Shown here piece by piece: positions 51,204 through 62,660 of a stretch of DNA of 64,000 nt. The stretch spans positions 1,632,001 to 1,696,000 of the forward strand of contig CBDEFM010000002.1 in assembly GCA_965237415.1 (NCBI GenBank), written 5' to 3'. Each line of letters starts with the position of its first letter. The stretch's first letter is position 1. Source of the stretch: Alphaproteobacteria bacterium (GTDB lineage: Bacteria > Pseudomonadota > Alphaproteobacteria > UBA828). The position numbers and the translations under genes are program-made. The notes below the pieces were generated by a model, which was not told the DNA's origin, made no database searches, and saw only the letters and a program-made list of their open reading frames with translations.

Positions 51204-53155
51204 GCGCCGAGGCACTGCATGCCGATTCGGGAGGCGACGACATCCTCTCGGTGCGCGGCCTCACGGTGGCGTTCGCCGGGAGCGAGGGCACTGAGCACGT
51301 CGCGGTGAACGACTTTTCCCTCACCATCGGCGCCGGCGAGTTCGTCGGCGTCATGGGCGAGCCGGGCTGCGGCAAGTCGACGGCGGCGATTGGCATGATG
51401 GGCCTGGTGCGCCCACCCGGCCGCATCGTCTCGGGCGAGGTGCACTATCTCGGGCGCGACATGCTGGCCATGAATGATGCGGAGCTCGATGCGATCCGCG
51501 GCAAGGACATCGGCCTGATCGTGCAGAGCCCGCGCACCTCGCTCCATCCCATGCTGACGGTCGGCCGCCAGATCGAGAACGTCTACCTTGCGCACAACCG
51601 CGTGAGCCGCAAGGCAGCCCGCGCCAGGGCCATCGAGATGCTGCAGCTCGTCGGCATCAACGACCCCGAGCGGCGGGTGAAATCCTATCCTCACGAGCTC
51701 TCCACAGGCATGACCCAGCGCGTACTGATCGCCATGGCCATGAGCTCCGGCCCGAGGCTCCTGATCGCGGACGAGCCGACCAGCGGCCTCGACGTCACGA
51801 TCCAGGCGCAGTTCCTCGATCAGATGTGGGAGACGGCGAACCGCCTCGAATATATCGAGGTCGTCGCCGGGTTCTCGGCGATGGGCGCGGCGGTCGCCAC
51901 GATCAACACACGACTCGCGGCGAACGAGCTCGAGGCGATCTGCCGCGATTGCGGGCCGCGCGTGCTGGTGGTCGATCAGGCCTGCGAGGAACTCGCCCGG
52001 AGCGCCGCGCTGGACGGGATCGAGCGCGTGCTGGTGATCGGCGGCAGTTACGACGAGTGGCTCGCCCGCGCGACACCCGAAGAGCCGGACGAGACGCCGG
52101 AAGAGTGGCAACCCTTCGCCATCTCCTACACCTCGGGCACCACGGGCACGGCGAAGGGCATCGTGCTCTCCCACCGCTCGCGGGTCCTCTCATGCTTCGG
52201 CATGGCGGCGGAATATGGCTGCTACGGGCCGGACGACACCCACCTTGCGTTCGCGCCGCTGTTCCACGGCGGCGGCTTCGTCTTCGCGCTGGCCGCCGTC
52301 TTCTTCGGGGGCTTCTGCGAGCTGCTGCCCCGGTTCGACCCGGAGGCGGTGATGAAGCGACTCTGCGACGGCCGCTTCACCGGCACGTTCATGGTGCCGA
52401 CGCACTTCCACGCCATCCTTAACCTGGGCGAGGGTGTTCTCGCGGGCTACCGCGACCACGGGCTGACAGCGCTGGTCTCCAACGCGGCGCCTCTGCCGCA
52501 AGTCACCAAGGAGAAGATCGTCGCCCAGTTCGGCGAGGGCGTGCTGCACGAAACCTACGGATCGACCGAGGCCGGCATCGTCACCAACCTGCGACCGCCC
52601 GATCAGCTCCGCAAGAAGAGCTGCGTCGGGCTCCCCTTCGTCGGCAACCGCATCCACCTGCTCGACGACGAGGGGAAGGAGGCCGCACCCGGCGAGGTAG
52701 GCGAGCTCTTCAGCACCTCGCCCTATCTCTTCAACGGCTACTGGAACAAGCCGGATGAGACCACGGCGACGATGCGGGACGGCTGGGTCTCGGCCGGCGA
52801 CATGGCGCGGCGCGACGAGGAAGGCTACCTCTATATCGTCGACCGCAGGAAGGACATGATCATCTCCGGCGGGGTCAACGTCTATCCGCGCGAAGTGGAG
52901 GACGCGCTCTCGCGGCATCCGGCGGTGCGCGAGGTGGCCGTGGTCGGCGTGCCGGACGAGTATTGGGGCGAGCGGATCAAGGCGTTCGTCGTCCCGCTGG
53001 CGAACGCGCAGCCCTTGCCCGAGGAACTGATCGCCTACGGCAAGGAGAACCTTGCCGGCTTCAAGGTCCCCAAAGAGGTCGATTTCATCGACGCGCTGCC
53101 GCGCAATCCGGGCGGCAAGGTACTGAAGCGGGTGCTCAGGGAGACGGGCGCGTGA
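51200..53155 (+). CDS. In-frame chimera: truncated DppD-type ABC ATPase fused to an N-truncated acyl-CoA synthetase
   Basis: GEPGCGKST...DEPTSGLD, junction near 51838, then [30 protein letters not shown]. Confidence 0.8.
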   Translation: MSAEALHADSGGDDILSVRGLTVAFAGSEGTEHVAVNDFSLTIGAGEFVGVMGEPGCGKSTAAIGMMGLVRPPGRIVSGEVHYLGRDMLAMNDAELDAIRGKDIGLIVQSPRTSLHPMLTVGRQIENVYLAHNRVSRKAARARAIEMLQLVGINDPERRVKSYPHELSTGMTQRVLIAMAMSSGPRLLIADEPTSGLDVTIQAQFLDQMWETANRLEYIEVVAGFSAMGAAVATINTRLAANELEAICRDCGPRVLVVDQACEELARSAALDGIERVLVIGGSYDEWLARATPEEPDETPEEWQPFAISYTSGTTGTAKGIVLSHRSRVLSCFGMAAEYGCYGPDDTHLAFAPLFHGGGFVFALAAVFFGGFCELLPRFDPEAVMKRLCDGRFTGTFMVPTHFHAILNLGEGVLAGYRDHGLTALVSNAAPLPQVTKEKIVAQFGEGVLHETYGSTEAGIVTNLRPPDQLRKKSCVGLPFVGNRIHLLDDEGKEAAPGEVGELFSTSPYLFNGYWNKPDETTATMRDGWVSAGDMARRDEEGYLYIVDRRKDMIISGGVNVYPREVEDALSRHPAVREVAVVGVPDEYWGERIKAFVVPLANAQPLPEELIAYGKENLAGFKVPKEVDFIDALPRNPGGKVLKRVLRETGA

Positions 53156-54693
53156 GCGGCGGCACCGACACGATCGAGCATCGTTTCGTCGCTTACGGCG
53201 AGCGCCGGGTCATGGTGCGCCGCGCCGGCAGCGGCCCGCCGGTCGTGCTGCTCCATGAATCGCCCCGCTCGTCGGCGGCGTTCATCCCCATGATCGAGGC
53301 GCTGGCCGAGCGCTTCACCGTCATCGCGCCCGACACGCCCGGGTATGGCGGCTCCGATCCTCTGGAGCTGCACCGGCCACAGATCGCCGACTACGCCGAC
53401 GCGCTCAAGGAGGTGGTGGACGCCCTCGGCCTGGAGCGCGCAGCCCTCTTCGGCCGTCACACCGGTGCCGCCATCGCGATCGAGTTCGCGAACCGCTATC
53501 CGGCGCAAGTCAGCGGCGTCGTGCTGGAAGGCTGCCCGGCCTTCACGCCTGAGGAGATGGAAGAGCTCGTGGCGAGCTACCTGCCGCCCTTCCGCCCAGT
53601 CTGGGACGGCGGCCATGTCGCCTGGCTCTGGTCCCGCATCCGTGACCAGTTCCGCTTCTTCCCCTGGAACCGCCAGGGGCCCGCGTCAAGGCTCGCCATC
53701 GACATGCCCCCCGACCCTCGATACTGAATCGGATCGCCACGGACCTCCTGCTGGCCGGCGACGGCTACCGAGTCGCCTATGAGGCGGCGTTCCGCTACGA
53801 CGGCGCCGCGGCCGCGGCGGCCGCGCGCGTGCCGGCCCACTACATGGCGACCGAGACCGACGTCCTCTTCCCCCACCTCGACCGCCTTCATTCGCTCCCG
53901 GACAACGCGGAGATCCACCGACTGACGGACGCGGAGCGGTTGACCGCGATCGGCGACTTGCTGAGCGCCTGCGCCGCCGGGTTGGCGCCGGCACCGCCGC
54001 CGCCGAAGGAGGCGGGCACGCGCCGCTTCGTCCAGGTGGACGGCACATCGCTCATGGTCCGACAGTGGGGCAGCGACGGCGCGCGGCCGCTGCTGCTCGT
54101 CGCCGATCTGCCGGGATCCACGCAAGGCCTCGGCCCCATCGCCGCCCATCTGGCGAAGGGGCGCCGGGTCATCGCCATCGATCCCCCCGGCCACGGCCTC
54201 TCCTCCCCCCGCTCCGGCCGGCACGACCGACGGCGGTGTCGAGAGCGTGGCCCGCGCGGTGGCATCCCTTGGGCTCGGGCAGATCGCTGTCGCCGGCATC
54301 AACAGCGGCGCATGCTGGGCCGCGCACCTCGCCGCGCACCTCGGGGCAGGCTGCGGCCGTCTGGTTCTGATCGACCCGCCGACCGACCCCGCGGCCCTCT
54401 CCGACCGGCTGCCCGCAACCGCGCTTGCGCCCTGCTGGAGCGGCGCTCATCTGCTCACCACCTGGCACCTGGCGCGCGAGTCCTTGCTCTACAGGCCCTG
54501 GTTCACGCCCACGAATGGCGCGCGGATACCGGTCGAGATCGGGTTCGACGTGGACCTCCTGCATCAGCGCTTCGTCGATACGGTCATCGCCGGCGAAGCC
54601 TTCCCCGAGACAGTGCAGGCGGTGTGCGAACAGCCATGGCCGGCCATGCTCGCGCCGCTGGCGGGACGGGTCGCGGTGGTGACCGGCGAAGGA
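53152..54693 (+). pseudogene. Tandem two-domain alpha/beta hydrolase-fold gene with two frameshifts
   Basis: LHESPRS..DTPGYGGS; shift near 53715; second domain IDPPGHGLS; shift near 54207; both shifts next to C runs. Confidence 0.7.
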
Positions 54694-56199
54694 ATGCCGG
54701 ACGCGGCGGAACGCACCTACTACGCCCACGACATCGCAGGCCCGGCGTCGCACGCGCCCGAGCTCGTCGTGCGCCCGCCGAGCGTGGGCGCGACCGTCGC
54801 CTGCGTCGCCGCGATCACCGGTGCGGGCCATGCGCTCACCGTGCGGGGCGGCGGCCATTCCTACACGGGCGGGTACGGACCCACACGGCCTGGCACGGTC
54901 ATCCTCGACATGAGCGCGCTCGACCGGGTGGTCGAGATCGACGAGGCCGATGGCTGGGTGACCACCGAGGCCGGCTGCACCTGGCGCACGCTCCACGACG
55001 CGCTTGCGGCGGTGGGCCGCCGCACCCCGTTCTTCGGTCCTCTCTCCGGCATTGTCGCGACGGTCGGCGGTGCCGCATCGCAGAACGCAGCGTTCTTCGG
55101 CTCGGCGCGGCACGGCCCGATGTCGGCGAGCGTGCTGGGCCTCGACGTGGTGACAGCAGACGGCACCCTGATACGGCTCGGGAGCGTCGGCGATAAGGGG
55201 TTCGCTCGGGACTTCGGGCCCGATCCCGTGGGGCTCTTCTTAGGCGACAGCGGCGCCTTCGGCGTGAAGGTACGCATCACCATGAGGCTCGTTGCCCTGC
55301 CCGCGGCGGTCCGCTTCGCCTCGTTTGCGTTCGAGAGCTTCGAGGCCGTGATCGATGCGCAGATCGCCTTGGCGGGCTTCGACGCGATCGCCGAGAGCTA
55401 TGGCTTCGATGCCGAGACTCACGAGAACCTGCGCCGCGCCGGCTTCACCATCGGCGAGGGGGCGGCGGCGCTCCGTGACGTTGCGCAGGCCGAGCGCGGG
55501 CGCGCCAGCGGCATTGCGGCGGCGGTCAGGACCGCGGCAGGGATCCGGCGCGCCGTAGGCGAAACGCGCAACTCGCTTCACCTCGTGATCGAGGGCGCGA
55601 GCGAAGCGGCGGCGGTCGAGGCCGCCGACGCGATCGCCGCCTGCGCCGGTCGCCACGGCGGCACCGAGATTCCAGACACGATCCCCCGCATCACCCGGTC
55701 GCGGCCCTTCCGCCCACTAAGATCGCTGCTCGGTCCCGACGGCGAGGCCTGGCTGCCGATGCACGGCCTGCTCCCGCTTTCCCGTGCACGCGCCGGCTTG
55801 CAGGCGGCAGAAGACCGCCTCGCGGCCCATGAGGCCGAGATGCGCACGCTCGGTATCCGTGTCACGCGGCTGACGACCATGGTCGGCGACCGGCTGCTGC
55901 TGGAGCCGCAGTTCTTCTGGCCGGATGCCCTCTCGCCCTTCCATCTGCGCGCCGTCACCGACGCGCAAAGGGCGCACTTCGGGGATCGGGCGCCCAACGA
56001 GGCTGTGCGGGCACGGGTTCACGCCTTGCGCGCGTCCCTGGTCGAGGCGCTCGCGGCCCACGGCGCGACCCACTACCAGATCGGCACATACTATCCCTAC
56101 CTGGAGCGTATCGATCCGGGTCAGCGCGCACTCATCGAGTCGGTCAAGCGGGCGCTCGACCCGAAAAACCTGATGAGCCCTGGCGCGCTCGGGCTCTGA
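54694..56199 (+). CDS. FAD-linked oxidase (GlcD/VAO family), in frame with the upstream hydrolase tail
   Basis: VRGGGHSYTGGY, ATVGG, GDSGAFGVK, KRALDPKNLMSPG. Confidence 0.85.
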   Translation: MPDAAERTYYAHDIAGPASHAPELVVRPPSVGATVACVAAITGAGHALTVRGGGHSYTGGYGPTRPGTVILDMSALDRVVEIDEADGWVTTEAGCTWRTLHDALAAVGRRTPFFGPLSGIVATVGGAASQNAAFFGSARHGPMSASVLGLDVVTADGTLIRLGSVGDKGFARDFGPDPVGLFLGDSGAFGVKVRITMRLVALPAAVRFASFAFESFEAVIDAQIALAGFDAIAESYGFDAETHENLRRAGFTIGEGAAALRDVAQAERGRASGIAAAVRTAAGIRRAVGETRNSLHLVIEGASEAAAVEAADAIAACAGRHGGTEIPDTIPRITRSRPFRPLRSLLGPDGEAWLPMHGLLPLSRARAGLQAAEDRLAAHEAEMRTLGIRVTRLTTMVGDRLLLEPQFFWPDALSPFHLRAVTDAQRAHFGDRAPNEAVRARVHALRASLVEALAAHGATHYQIGTYYPYLERIDPGQRALIESVKRALDPKNLMSPGALGL

Positions 56200-56403
56200 C
56201 ACACCGGCGATAAAATCAATTCAACTGGAGACAAGGCCGGACATCATCTAACATCCCCATAACGCGGGGCACCCTGAGGGGCTGATCAGGGTCTTGGGCG
56301 CCATACTGCCAACCCGGACTTCGCCCCTGGTCAGGCCACCTCGGTGTCCGGCACATTTGCGGACAACGTCGCGCCGGCATCGGTGCGAAGCAAGGGGAAT
56401 GCA

Positions 56404-57984
56404 ATGACCATCGAGCAGAAATTGCGGGAAATGGCGACGAAGAGCGGCATCACCCGTCGCGGGTTCATGCAGCGGGCGCTGGCCTTGGGTGCCACGATGG
56501 CGCTCGCGACGACCCTCGCCGACCAAGCCTTTGCGGAAGCGAAGCAGGGAGGCCGCTTCCGTTGCGGACTGGGTCACGGAGCGACCTCGGATTCGCTGGA
56601 TCCGGCGACGTTCCTCGACCTCTACATGCAGACCGTGAACGCGTCCTCACGGAACAACCTGACGGAGATCGCCCAGGACGGCAGTCTGATCCCCGAATTG
56701 GCCGAGGGAATCGACACCGCCGACGCCATGACGTGGAAGTTCACCCTGCGCCAGGGCGTCACGTTCCACAACGGCAAGACAATGGACGCGAACGACGTCG
56801 TGGCGTCGCTCAACCACCATCGCGGCGAGGATTCGAAATCGCCTGCCAAGGAGCTGCTCAAGGCCGTCGTCGACATGCAGTCGGACGGTGCCAACGCGGT
56901 CGTCATCACCCTAAGCGAGGGCAACGCCGACTTCCCGGTCGTCTTGAGCGACTACCACATACCGATCATGCCGGCGGACGGCGACGGGGTGGACTGGCAG
57001 TCCGGCACCGGCACCGGCGCCTACGTGCTCGAGAGCTTCGAGCCCGGCGTGCGCACCACGCTGAAGCGCAACCCCAATTTCTTCAAGACCGGGTTCGGGC
57101 ACTTCGACGAGGTGGAGATCATCACCGTCGCCGACGTGGCGGCGCGCACCAACGCGCTGACCACCGGCGAGATCGACGCCATGGACCGGGTCGATCTCAA
57201 GACCGCGCACCTCCTCGAACGCCAGGAAGGCGTCAGGCTGGTCGAGACAAGCGGCACGCAGCACTTCACCTTCACGATGCGCTGCGACACGCCGCCCTTC
57301 GACAACGTCGACGTGCGGCTGGCGCTGAAGCACGCCATCGATCGCGACGCCATCGTCAGGACGATACTGCGCGGTCACGGCACCCTCGGCAACGACCATC
57401 CGATCAGCCGGTCCAACCGCTATCACGCGGGCAACCTGGAGCAGCGCGCCTATGACCCGGACAAGGCCATGCACCACCTCAAGAAGGCGGGCATGGAGGG
57501 TCTGTCCATCGACCTGAGCGCCGCTGATGCGGCGTTTGCGGGCGCGGTCGATGCCGCGGTGCTCTACAAGGAGCACGCGGCCGCAGCCGGCATCAACATC
57601 AACGTGGTCCGCGAGCCGAACGACGGCTATTGGTCCAACGTGTGGATGGTCAAGCCCTACTGCGCCGTGTACTGGGGCGGCCGGCCGACCGAGGACTGGA
57701 TGTTCTCGACCGCCTATGCGGCGGACGCGGCGTGGAACGACAGCTTCTGGAAGCACGACCAGTTCAACCAGTTGCTGCTCGCGGCCAGGTCCGAGCTGGA
57801 CGAGGCGAAGCGGCGGAGCATGTACGAGGAGATGCAGTCGATCGTCAGCGACGACGGCGGCGTTCTCATCCCCATGTTCGCCAACTACGTCATGGGGCTC
57901 TCCGATAAGATCGGCCACGGGCAGATGGCGGCGAACTGGGCGATGGACGGCTTCAAGTGCGCGGAGCGCTGGTGGTTCGTCTAG
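56404..57984 (+). CDS. Family 5 ABC solute-binding protein with Tat signal
   Basis: ITRRGFM, LRQGVTFHNG, GTGAY, DVRLALK. Confidence 0.93.
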   Translation: MTIEQKLREMATKSGITRRGFMQRALALGATMALATTLADQAFAEAKQGGRFRCGLGHGATSDSLDPATFLDLYMQTVNASSRNNLTEIAQDGSLIPELAEGIDTADAMTWKFTLRQGVTFHNGKTMDANDVVASLNHHRGEDSKSPAKELLKAVVDMQSDGANAVVITLSEGNADFPVVLSDYHIPIMPADGDGVDWQSGTGTGAYVLESFEPGVRTTLKRNPNFFKTGFGHFDEVEIITVADVAARTNALTTGEIDAMDRVDLKTAHLLERQEGVRLVETSGTQHFTFTMRCDTPPFDNVDVRLALKHAIDRDAIVRTILRGHGTLGNDHPISRSNRYHAGNLEQRAYDPDKAMHHLKKAGMEGLSIDLSAADAAFAGAVDAAVLYKEHAAAAGININVVREPNDGYWSNVWMVKPYCAVYWGGRPTEDWMFSTAYAADAAWNDSFWKHDQFNQLLLAARSELDEAKRRSMYEEMQSIVSDDGGVLIPMFANYVMGLSDKIGHGQMAANWAMDGFKCAERWWFV

Positions 57985-58007
57985 GCTAGTCGTCGCCGCA
58001 TGGCGGC

Positions 58008-58964
58008 ATGAGCCAAATTCTTATCATGGTGGCCCAGCGCTTTGCGCTGGGCCTCCTCACCCTTTTTGCCGTCTCACTGATCATCTTCCTCGGTGTCGAG
58101 CTGCTACCGGGAGACATCGCCCAGGCCCTCCTGGGCCAAGGAGCGACCGAGGAAACGGTCGCCGCGTTTCGCAGAGAGTTGGGGCTCGACCTCCCGCCGC
58201 ACGAGCGCTACATCGCCTGGCTCGGCGGCATGGTGCAGGGCGATTTCGGCCAATCTCTCGCCAACAAGCGCGAGATTGCCGAACTCATCGGCGTGCGGCT
58301 GGGGAACACGCTGTTCCTCGCCTTCATCGCCGCAGTCATCTCGATTCCCCTGGCGCTCGGCTTGGGGATTCTGGCGGCGCTCTACCGCAACACCCTCTAC
58401 GACCGCGCGGTCAACGTCCTCACGCTGTCCTCGATTTCCTTTCCCGAGTTTTTCGTCGCCTACATCCTGATCCTCGTTCTGGCGGTCCAGCTCGGGTGGT
58501 TCCCGAGCATCTCAAACATCGGCCAGGAGCTTGGGTTTTGGGAGCGGGTCTACCGTACCGTCCTCCCGGCGCTGACGCTGACGCTCGTGGTGGTCGCACA
58601 CATGATGCGGATGACACGTGCGGCGATCATCAACTTGTTGGCGAGCCCCTATATCGAGATGGCGACTCTCAAGGGGCTCTCGCGGGGGCACATCATCGTC
58701 AAGCACGCGCTCCCCAACGCGCTCGCACCGATCATCAACGTGGTGGTCATCAACCTCGCGTACCTGGTGGTGGGCGTGGTGATCGTCGAGGTTGTCTTCG
58801 TCTATCCGGGGCTGGGGCAGCTGCTCATCGACGCCGTGCGTGCGCGCGACCTTCCGGTGGTGCAGGCCACGGGTCTGCTCTTCGCCGCCGCTTACATCCT
58901 GCTCAACCTGACCGCGGACGTGCTGTCGATCATGACGAATCCGCGGCTCTTGCATCCGCGATAG
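58008..58964 (+). CDS. DppB-type ABC permease
   Basis: LGLDLP, GDFGQS, HALPNAL, VFVYPGLG. Confidence 0.93.
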   Translation: MSQILIMVAQRFALGLLTLFAVSLIIFLGVELLPGDIAQALLGQGATEETVAAFRRELGLDLPPHERYIAWLGGMVQGDFGQSLANKREIAELIGVRLGNTLFLAFIAAVISIPLALGLGILAALYRNTLYDRAVNVLTLSSISFPEFFVAYILILVLAVQLGWFPSISNIGQELGFWERVYRTVLPALTLTLVVVAHMMRMTRAAIINLLASPYIEMATLKGLSRGHIIVKHALPNALAPIINVVVINLAYLVVGVVIVEVVFVYPGLGQLLIDAVRARDLPVVQATGLLFAAAYILLNLTADVLSIMTNPRLLHPR

Positions 58965-58986
58965 GGAGAGCGGCAAGGCGACAGCG

Positions 58987-59817
58987 ATGCGGGAAGCCCT
59001 CAAAATTCTTCTAAAGTCGCCGTGGAGCGCCCGGTTCGGGATTCTCGTCGTTACCTTCTACGTGTTCGTCGCGATCTTCGGGCCCGTGCTGACGCCTTAT
59101 GGCGAATCCGAAATCGTCGGTTTCGAATACGAGCCCTGGGGCGCCGAGTTCCTGCTCGGCACCGACAATCTGGGTCGGGACATGCTGACCCGCCTCATCT
59201 ACGGCGCCCGCAACACCATCGGCATCGCCTTCCTCACGACCGTGCTGGCGTTCTTCGTCGGCTGCGTGGCGGGCTTTCTGGCAGCAACGGTGGGCGGCTG
59301 GACCGAGCAGGCGATCAGCCGTTTCAACGACATCCTGATGGCGATCCCGCAGCTCATCTTCGCACTGCTGATCCTCACCATCGCCGGCACGTCGGTCCCG
59401 GTGCTGATCGTGGTCATTGCCGTGCTCGACTCCACCCGCGTCTACCGCCTGGCGCGGGCAGTCGCGATGAACATCGTGGTCATGGACTATGTGGAGGTCG
59501 CGCGCCTTAGGGGCGAGGGGCTATGGTGGATTATGCGGAGCGAGGTGCTTCCCAATGCGCTGCCGCCGCTTATCGCCGAGTTCGGGTTGCGATTCTGCTT
59601 CGTCTTCCTGCTGCTCAGCGCGCTCAGCTTCCTCGGCCTCGGCATCCAGCCGCCCACGGCCGATTGGGGCAGCATGGTGCGCGACAACGCCACCCTGATC
59701 ACGTTCGGCGACTTCACGCCCATCCTGCCGGCGGCGTCCATCGCGCTGCTCACCATCGGCGTGAACTTCATCGTCGACTGGCTCCTCCACAAATCGTCCG
59801 GGCTCAAGGATGCATAG
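58987..59817 (+). CDS. DppC-type ABC permease
   Basis: LGTDNLGRD, LSFLGLGIQPPTADWG. Confidence 0.93.
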   Translation: MREALKILLKSPWSARFGILVVTFYVFVAIFGPVLTPYGESEIVGFEYEPWGAEFLLGTDNLGRDMLTRLIYGARNTIGIAFLTTVLAFFVGCVAGFLAATVGGWTEQAISRFNDILMAIPQLIFALLILTIAGTSVPVLIVVIAVLDSTRVYRLARAVAMNIVVMDYVEVARLRGEGLWWIMRSEVLPNALPPLIAEFGLRFCFVFLLLSALSFLGLGIQPPTADWGSMVRDNATLITFGDFTPILPAASIALLTIGVNFIVDWLLHKSSGLKDA

Positions 59818-61501
59818 CGGGGAAACATCCGGCGGCCCCCGCGAGCCCCTGCTCACGATGACGGGGCTGCGCATCGAAGGGCAGGCCGACGACGAGTGGC
59901 ACGAGATCGTGCACGGCGTCGACGTGGTGCTTCACCGTGGCGAAATCTTGGGGCTGATCGGCGAGTCAGGCGCCGGCAAGTCCACCATCGGGCTCGCGGC
60001 CATGGGCTACGCCCGGCCGGGCTGCCTGCTCACCGGCGGCGATATCGTGTTCGACGGCGTGGAGCTGCGCGGTGCCCCGCGGGATCACACGCGGGCCCTG
60101 CGGGGCGCGCGCATCGCCTATGTCGCCCAGAGCGCGGCGGCCGCCTTCAATCCGGCGCACCGGCTGATCGACCAGTTCTCCGAGGCGCCGGTGCGTCACA
60201 AGGTCAAATCCCGCGCCGCGGCGGAAACAGACGCCAAGGACCTCTACAAGCGGCTTCAGTTACCCGAGCCCGAGAAGATCGGCTACCGCTATCCGCACCA
60301 GGTCTCCGGCGGCCAGCTTCAGCGCGCGATGGTCGCCATGGCCATGTCATGCCGCCCCGACCTCATCGTCTTCGACGAGCCGACGACGGCGCTCGACGTC
60401 ACCACCCAGATCGAGGTGCTCGCCGCGATCAAGGACGTGGTCAGGCAGTTCAATACGGCCGCCATCTATATCAGCCACGATCTCGCAGTCGTCGCCCAGA
60501 TGGCCGACCGCATCATGGTGCTGCGCCACGGCAACCTTGTGGAAGAAGGAACGGCCGACCGCATCGTCAATCACCCGACGCAGGACTACACGCAGAAGCT
60601 TCTCGCCGTACGCTCCTACCGCAAGCCCACCGCAGAGCCCCCGGCGGAGGAGCCGCTGTTGCGCGTAGACGGCGTGTCCGCGCGCTACAGGCGATCCGCG
60701 CGTGTCCTGGAGAGCATCGATCTCGCAATCGGCCGGCAACGCACGGTCGCGATCGTGGGCGAGTCGGGCAGCGGCAAGAGCACGTTGGCGCGCGTCGTCA
60801 CCGGATTGCTGCCGCCGGAGGAAGGCAAGCTCGTCTTCGACGGCGAGGCGCTGGCACCCGCGCTCGCGCGACGGCCGCGCGAACAACTTCGTCGTCTGCA
60901 AATGATCCATCAGATGCCGGACACGGCATTGAACCCGCGCCACCGCACGCGCGACGTCATCGGCCGGCCGCTCACGTTCTATTCCGGATTGCGCGGACGC
61001 AAACGCGAGGACCGGGTGCGCGAGCTCCTGGACATGGTCGAGCTCGATCCCGACGAATTCATCGACCGCTACCCGGCCGAGCTTTCGGGCGGTCAGAAGC
61101 AGCGGGTGTGCATCGCCCGCGCTCTGGCTGCTCAGCCGGACCTGATCATCTGCGACGAGGTGACCTCGGCGCTCGACCAGCTGGTTGCCGAGCGAGTCCT
61201 GCAGCTCCTGCAGCGCCTTCAGGACGACCTGGGCGTTTCCTACATGTTCATCACCCACGACTTCGCCACGGTGCGGGCCATTTCCGACGAGATCGTGGTC
61301 ATGTTCCAGGGGCGCATCGTCGAACAAGGCGCGAGGAACGAGGTGCTGACGCCGCCGCATCACGCGTACACGGATCTGCTGCTCTCGTCGGTGCCGGAAA
61401 TGAAGATCGGCTGGCTCGACCAGACGCTGGCCGGGCGGGGGGAGCGCCAGGCGGGTGGCGATGAGGTTTTAAAGAAAGGCGTGCCGCCCGCTCATGGTTA
61501 A
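59810..61501 (+). CDS. Fused DppD/DppF ABC ATP-binding protein
   Basis: Two Walker A motifs (GESGAGKST, GESGSGKST) and two signature motifs. Confidence 0.93.
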   Translation: MHSGETSGGPREPLLTMTGLRIEGQADDEWHEIVHGVDVVLHRGEILGLIGESGAGKSTIGLAAMGYARPGCLLTGGDIVFDGVELRGAPRDHTRALRGARIAYVAQSAAAAFNPAHRLIDQFSEAPVRHKVKSRAAAETDAKDLYKRLQLPEPEKIGYRYPHQVSGGQLQRAMVAMAMSCRPDLIVFDEPTTALDVTTQIEVLAAIKDVVRQFNTAAIYISHDLAVVAQMADRIMVLRHGNLVEEGTADRIVNHPTQDYTQKLLAVRSYRKPTAEPPAEEPLLRVDGVSARYRRSARVLESIDLAIGRQRTVAIVGESGSGKSTLARVVTGLLPPEEGKLVFDGEALAPALARRPREQLRRLQMIHQMPDTALNPRHRTRDVIGRPLTFYSGLRGRKREDRVRELLDMVELDPDEFIDRYPAELSGGQKQRVCIARALAAQPDLIICDEVTSALDQLVAERVLQLLQRLQDDLGVSYMFITHDFATVRAISDEIVVMFQGRIVEQGARNEVLTPPHHAYTDLLLSSVPEMKIGWLDQTLAGRGERQAGGDEVLKKGVPPAHG

Positions 61502-61550
61502 TATGACTCGGCCAGTCTGATTGGCCGTGTTTGTAGAAGGAGGTCTCGCC

Positions 61551-62660
61551 GTGAATCGTGCTGTTAAATTGGCCGAAGACACAGCCGCTACGACCGATGC
61601 GCGCATGAATACGTCGACGGTGTGGACGCTGCCCGCCCGCTGGTACGCGGATCCCGAGATCTACGAGGCCGAAAGGCGTCGCATCTTCTCGCGCCACTGG
61701 CTCTGGATCGGGCGCGAGGCGGAGGTCGCCGAGCCGGGTCAGTATGTGACGGCCGCCCCCGCCGGCTTCCCGCTCTTCGTACGCCGCTCCGAGGACGGCA
61801 CGTTGCGCGCCTTTCACAATGTCTGCCGGCACCGAGCCTCCAAGCTTCTGACCGAGCCGAGCGGGCACTGCAATATCATCGAATGCCCCTATCACGGCTG
61901 GCGCTATCGCCCGGACGGCGCGCTCGACCACACGCCGCTGTTCGGCGAGGCAGCGGACTTCCCGAGGAGCGAGCTCTCCCTGTTTCCCGTCGCCGTCGAG
62001 GTCTGGCGCGGTCTCCTCTTCGTCTGCCTGGCCCCGGAGGCGCCGCCGCTCATCGAGTGGCTCGGCCCGATAGAGGAGGCGGTCGGGCGGACTGCACCGG
62101 AGCGGGTCAACTTCGGGCGGGAAGTGACGTTCATGGTCGATTGCAACTGGAAGACCTACATCGACAACTATCAGGAGGGCTATCACATCCCGACCCGGCA
62201 CCCCTCGCTGCACCGGGATCTGGATTGGACGCGGTACCGGGTCATCAATTTCGAGGGCGGCAGCCTCCATGACGCGCCGCAGAAGGGACGCTCGACCCAT
62301 CCCGGCAGCTACGGGTGGCGCTTTCCCAATTTCACGTTCAACTCGTACCCGGACGGGGTTTCCTTCTTGCGGATGGAGCCGGTCGGTCACGGGCAGACAC
62401 ACCTTGTCTATCAATTCTGGGTGCCGGACGGGGCGAGCGCGGCGGAGTTGGAAGCAACGGCGGCCTACGGCACCCAACTGGCCGAGGAGGACATAGGGAT
62501 CGTGGAGGTGGTCCAGGGAAATTTGAGCACGGGCGTCTACGAACGCGGGCCGCTGAGTCCGCGCCACGAGAACGGCCTCTTTCACTTCCACGAGATGGTG
62601 CGCGAGGCCGTCGACTCGGCGCCGCCGCGGGCCGCGACCGCGGTAAGAGTTTCGGATTAG
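61551..62660 (+). CDS. Rieske non-heme iron oxygenase alpha subunit (choline monooxygenase/CntA-like)
   Basis: NVCRHR...CPYHGW; NWK..DNYQEGYHIPTRH; EED; AAGGAGG RBS. Confidence 0.9.
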   Translation: MNRAVKLAEDTAATTDARMNTSTVWTLPARWYADPEIYEAERRRIFSRHWLWIGREAEVAEPGQYVTAAPAGFPLFVRRSEDGTLRAFHNVCRHRASKLLTEPSGHCNIIECPYHGWRYRPDGALDHTPLFGEAADFPRSELSLFPVAVEVWRGLLFVCLAPEAPPLIEWLGPIEEAVGRTAPERVNFGREVTFMVDCNWKTYIDNYQEGYHIPTRHPSLHRDLDWTRYRVINFEGGSLHDAPQKGRSTHPGSYGWRFPNFTFNSYPDGVSFLRMEPVGHGQTHLVYQFWVPDGASAAELEATAAYGTQLAEEDIGIVEVVQGNLSTGVYERGPLSPRHENGLFHFHEMVREAVDSAPPRAATAVRVSD

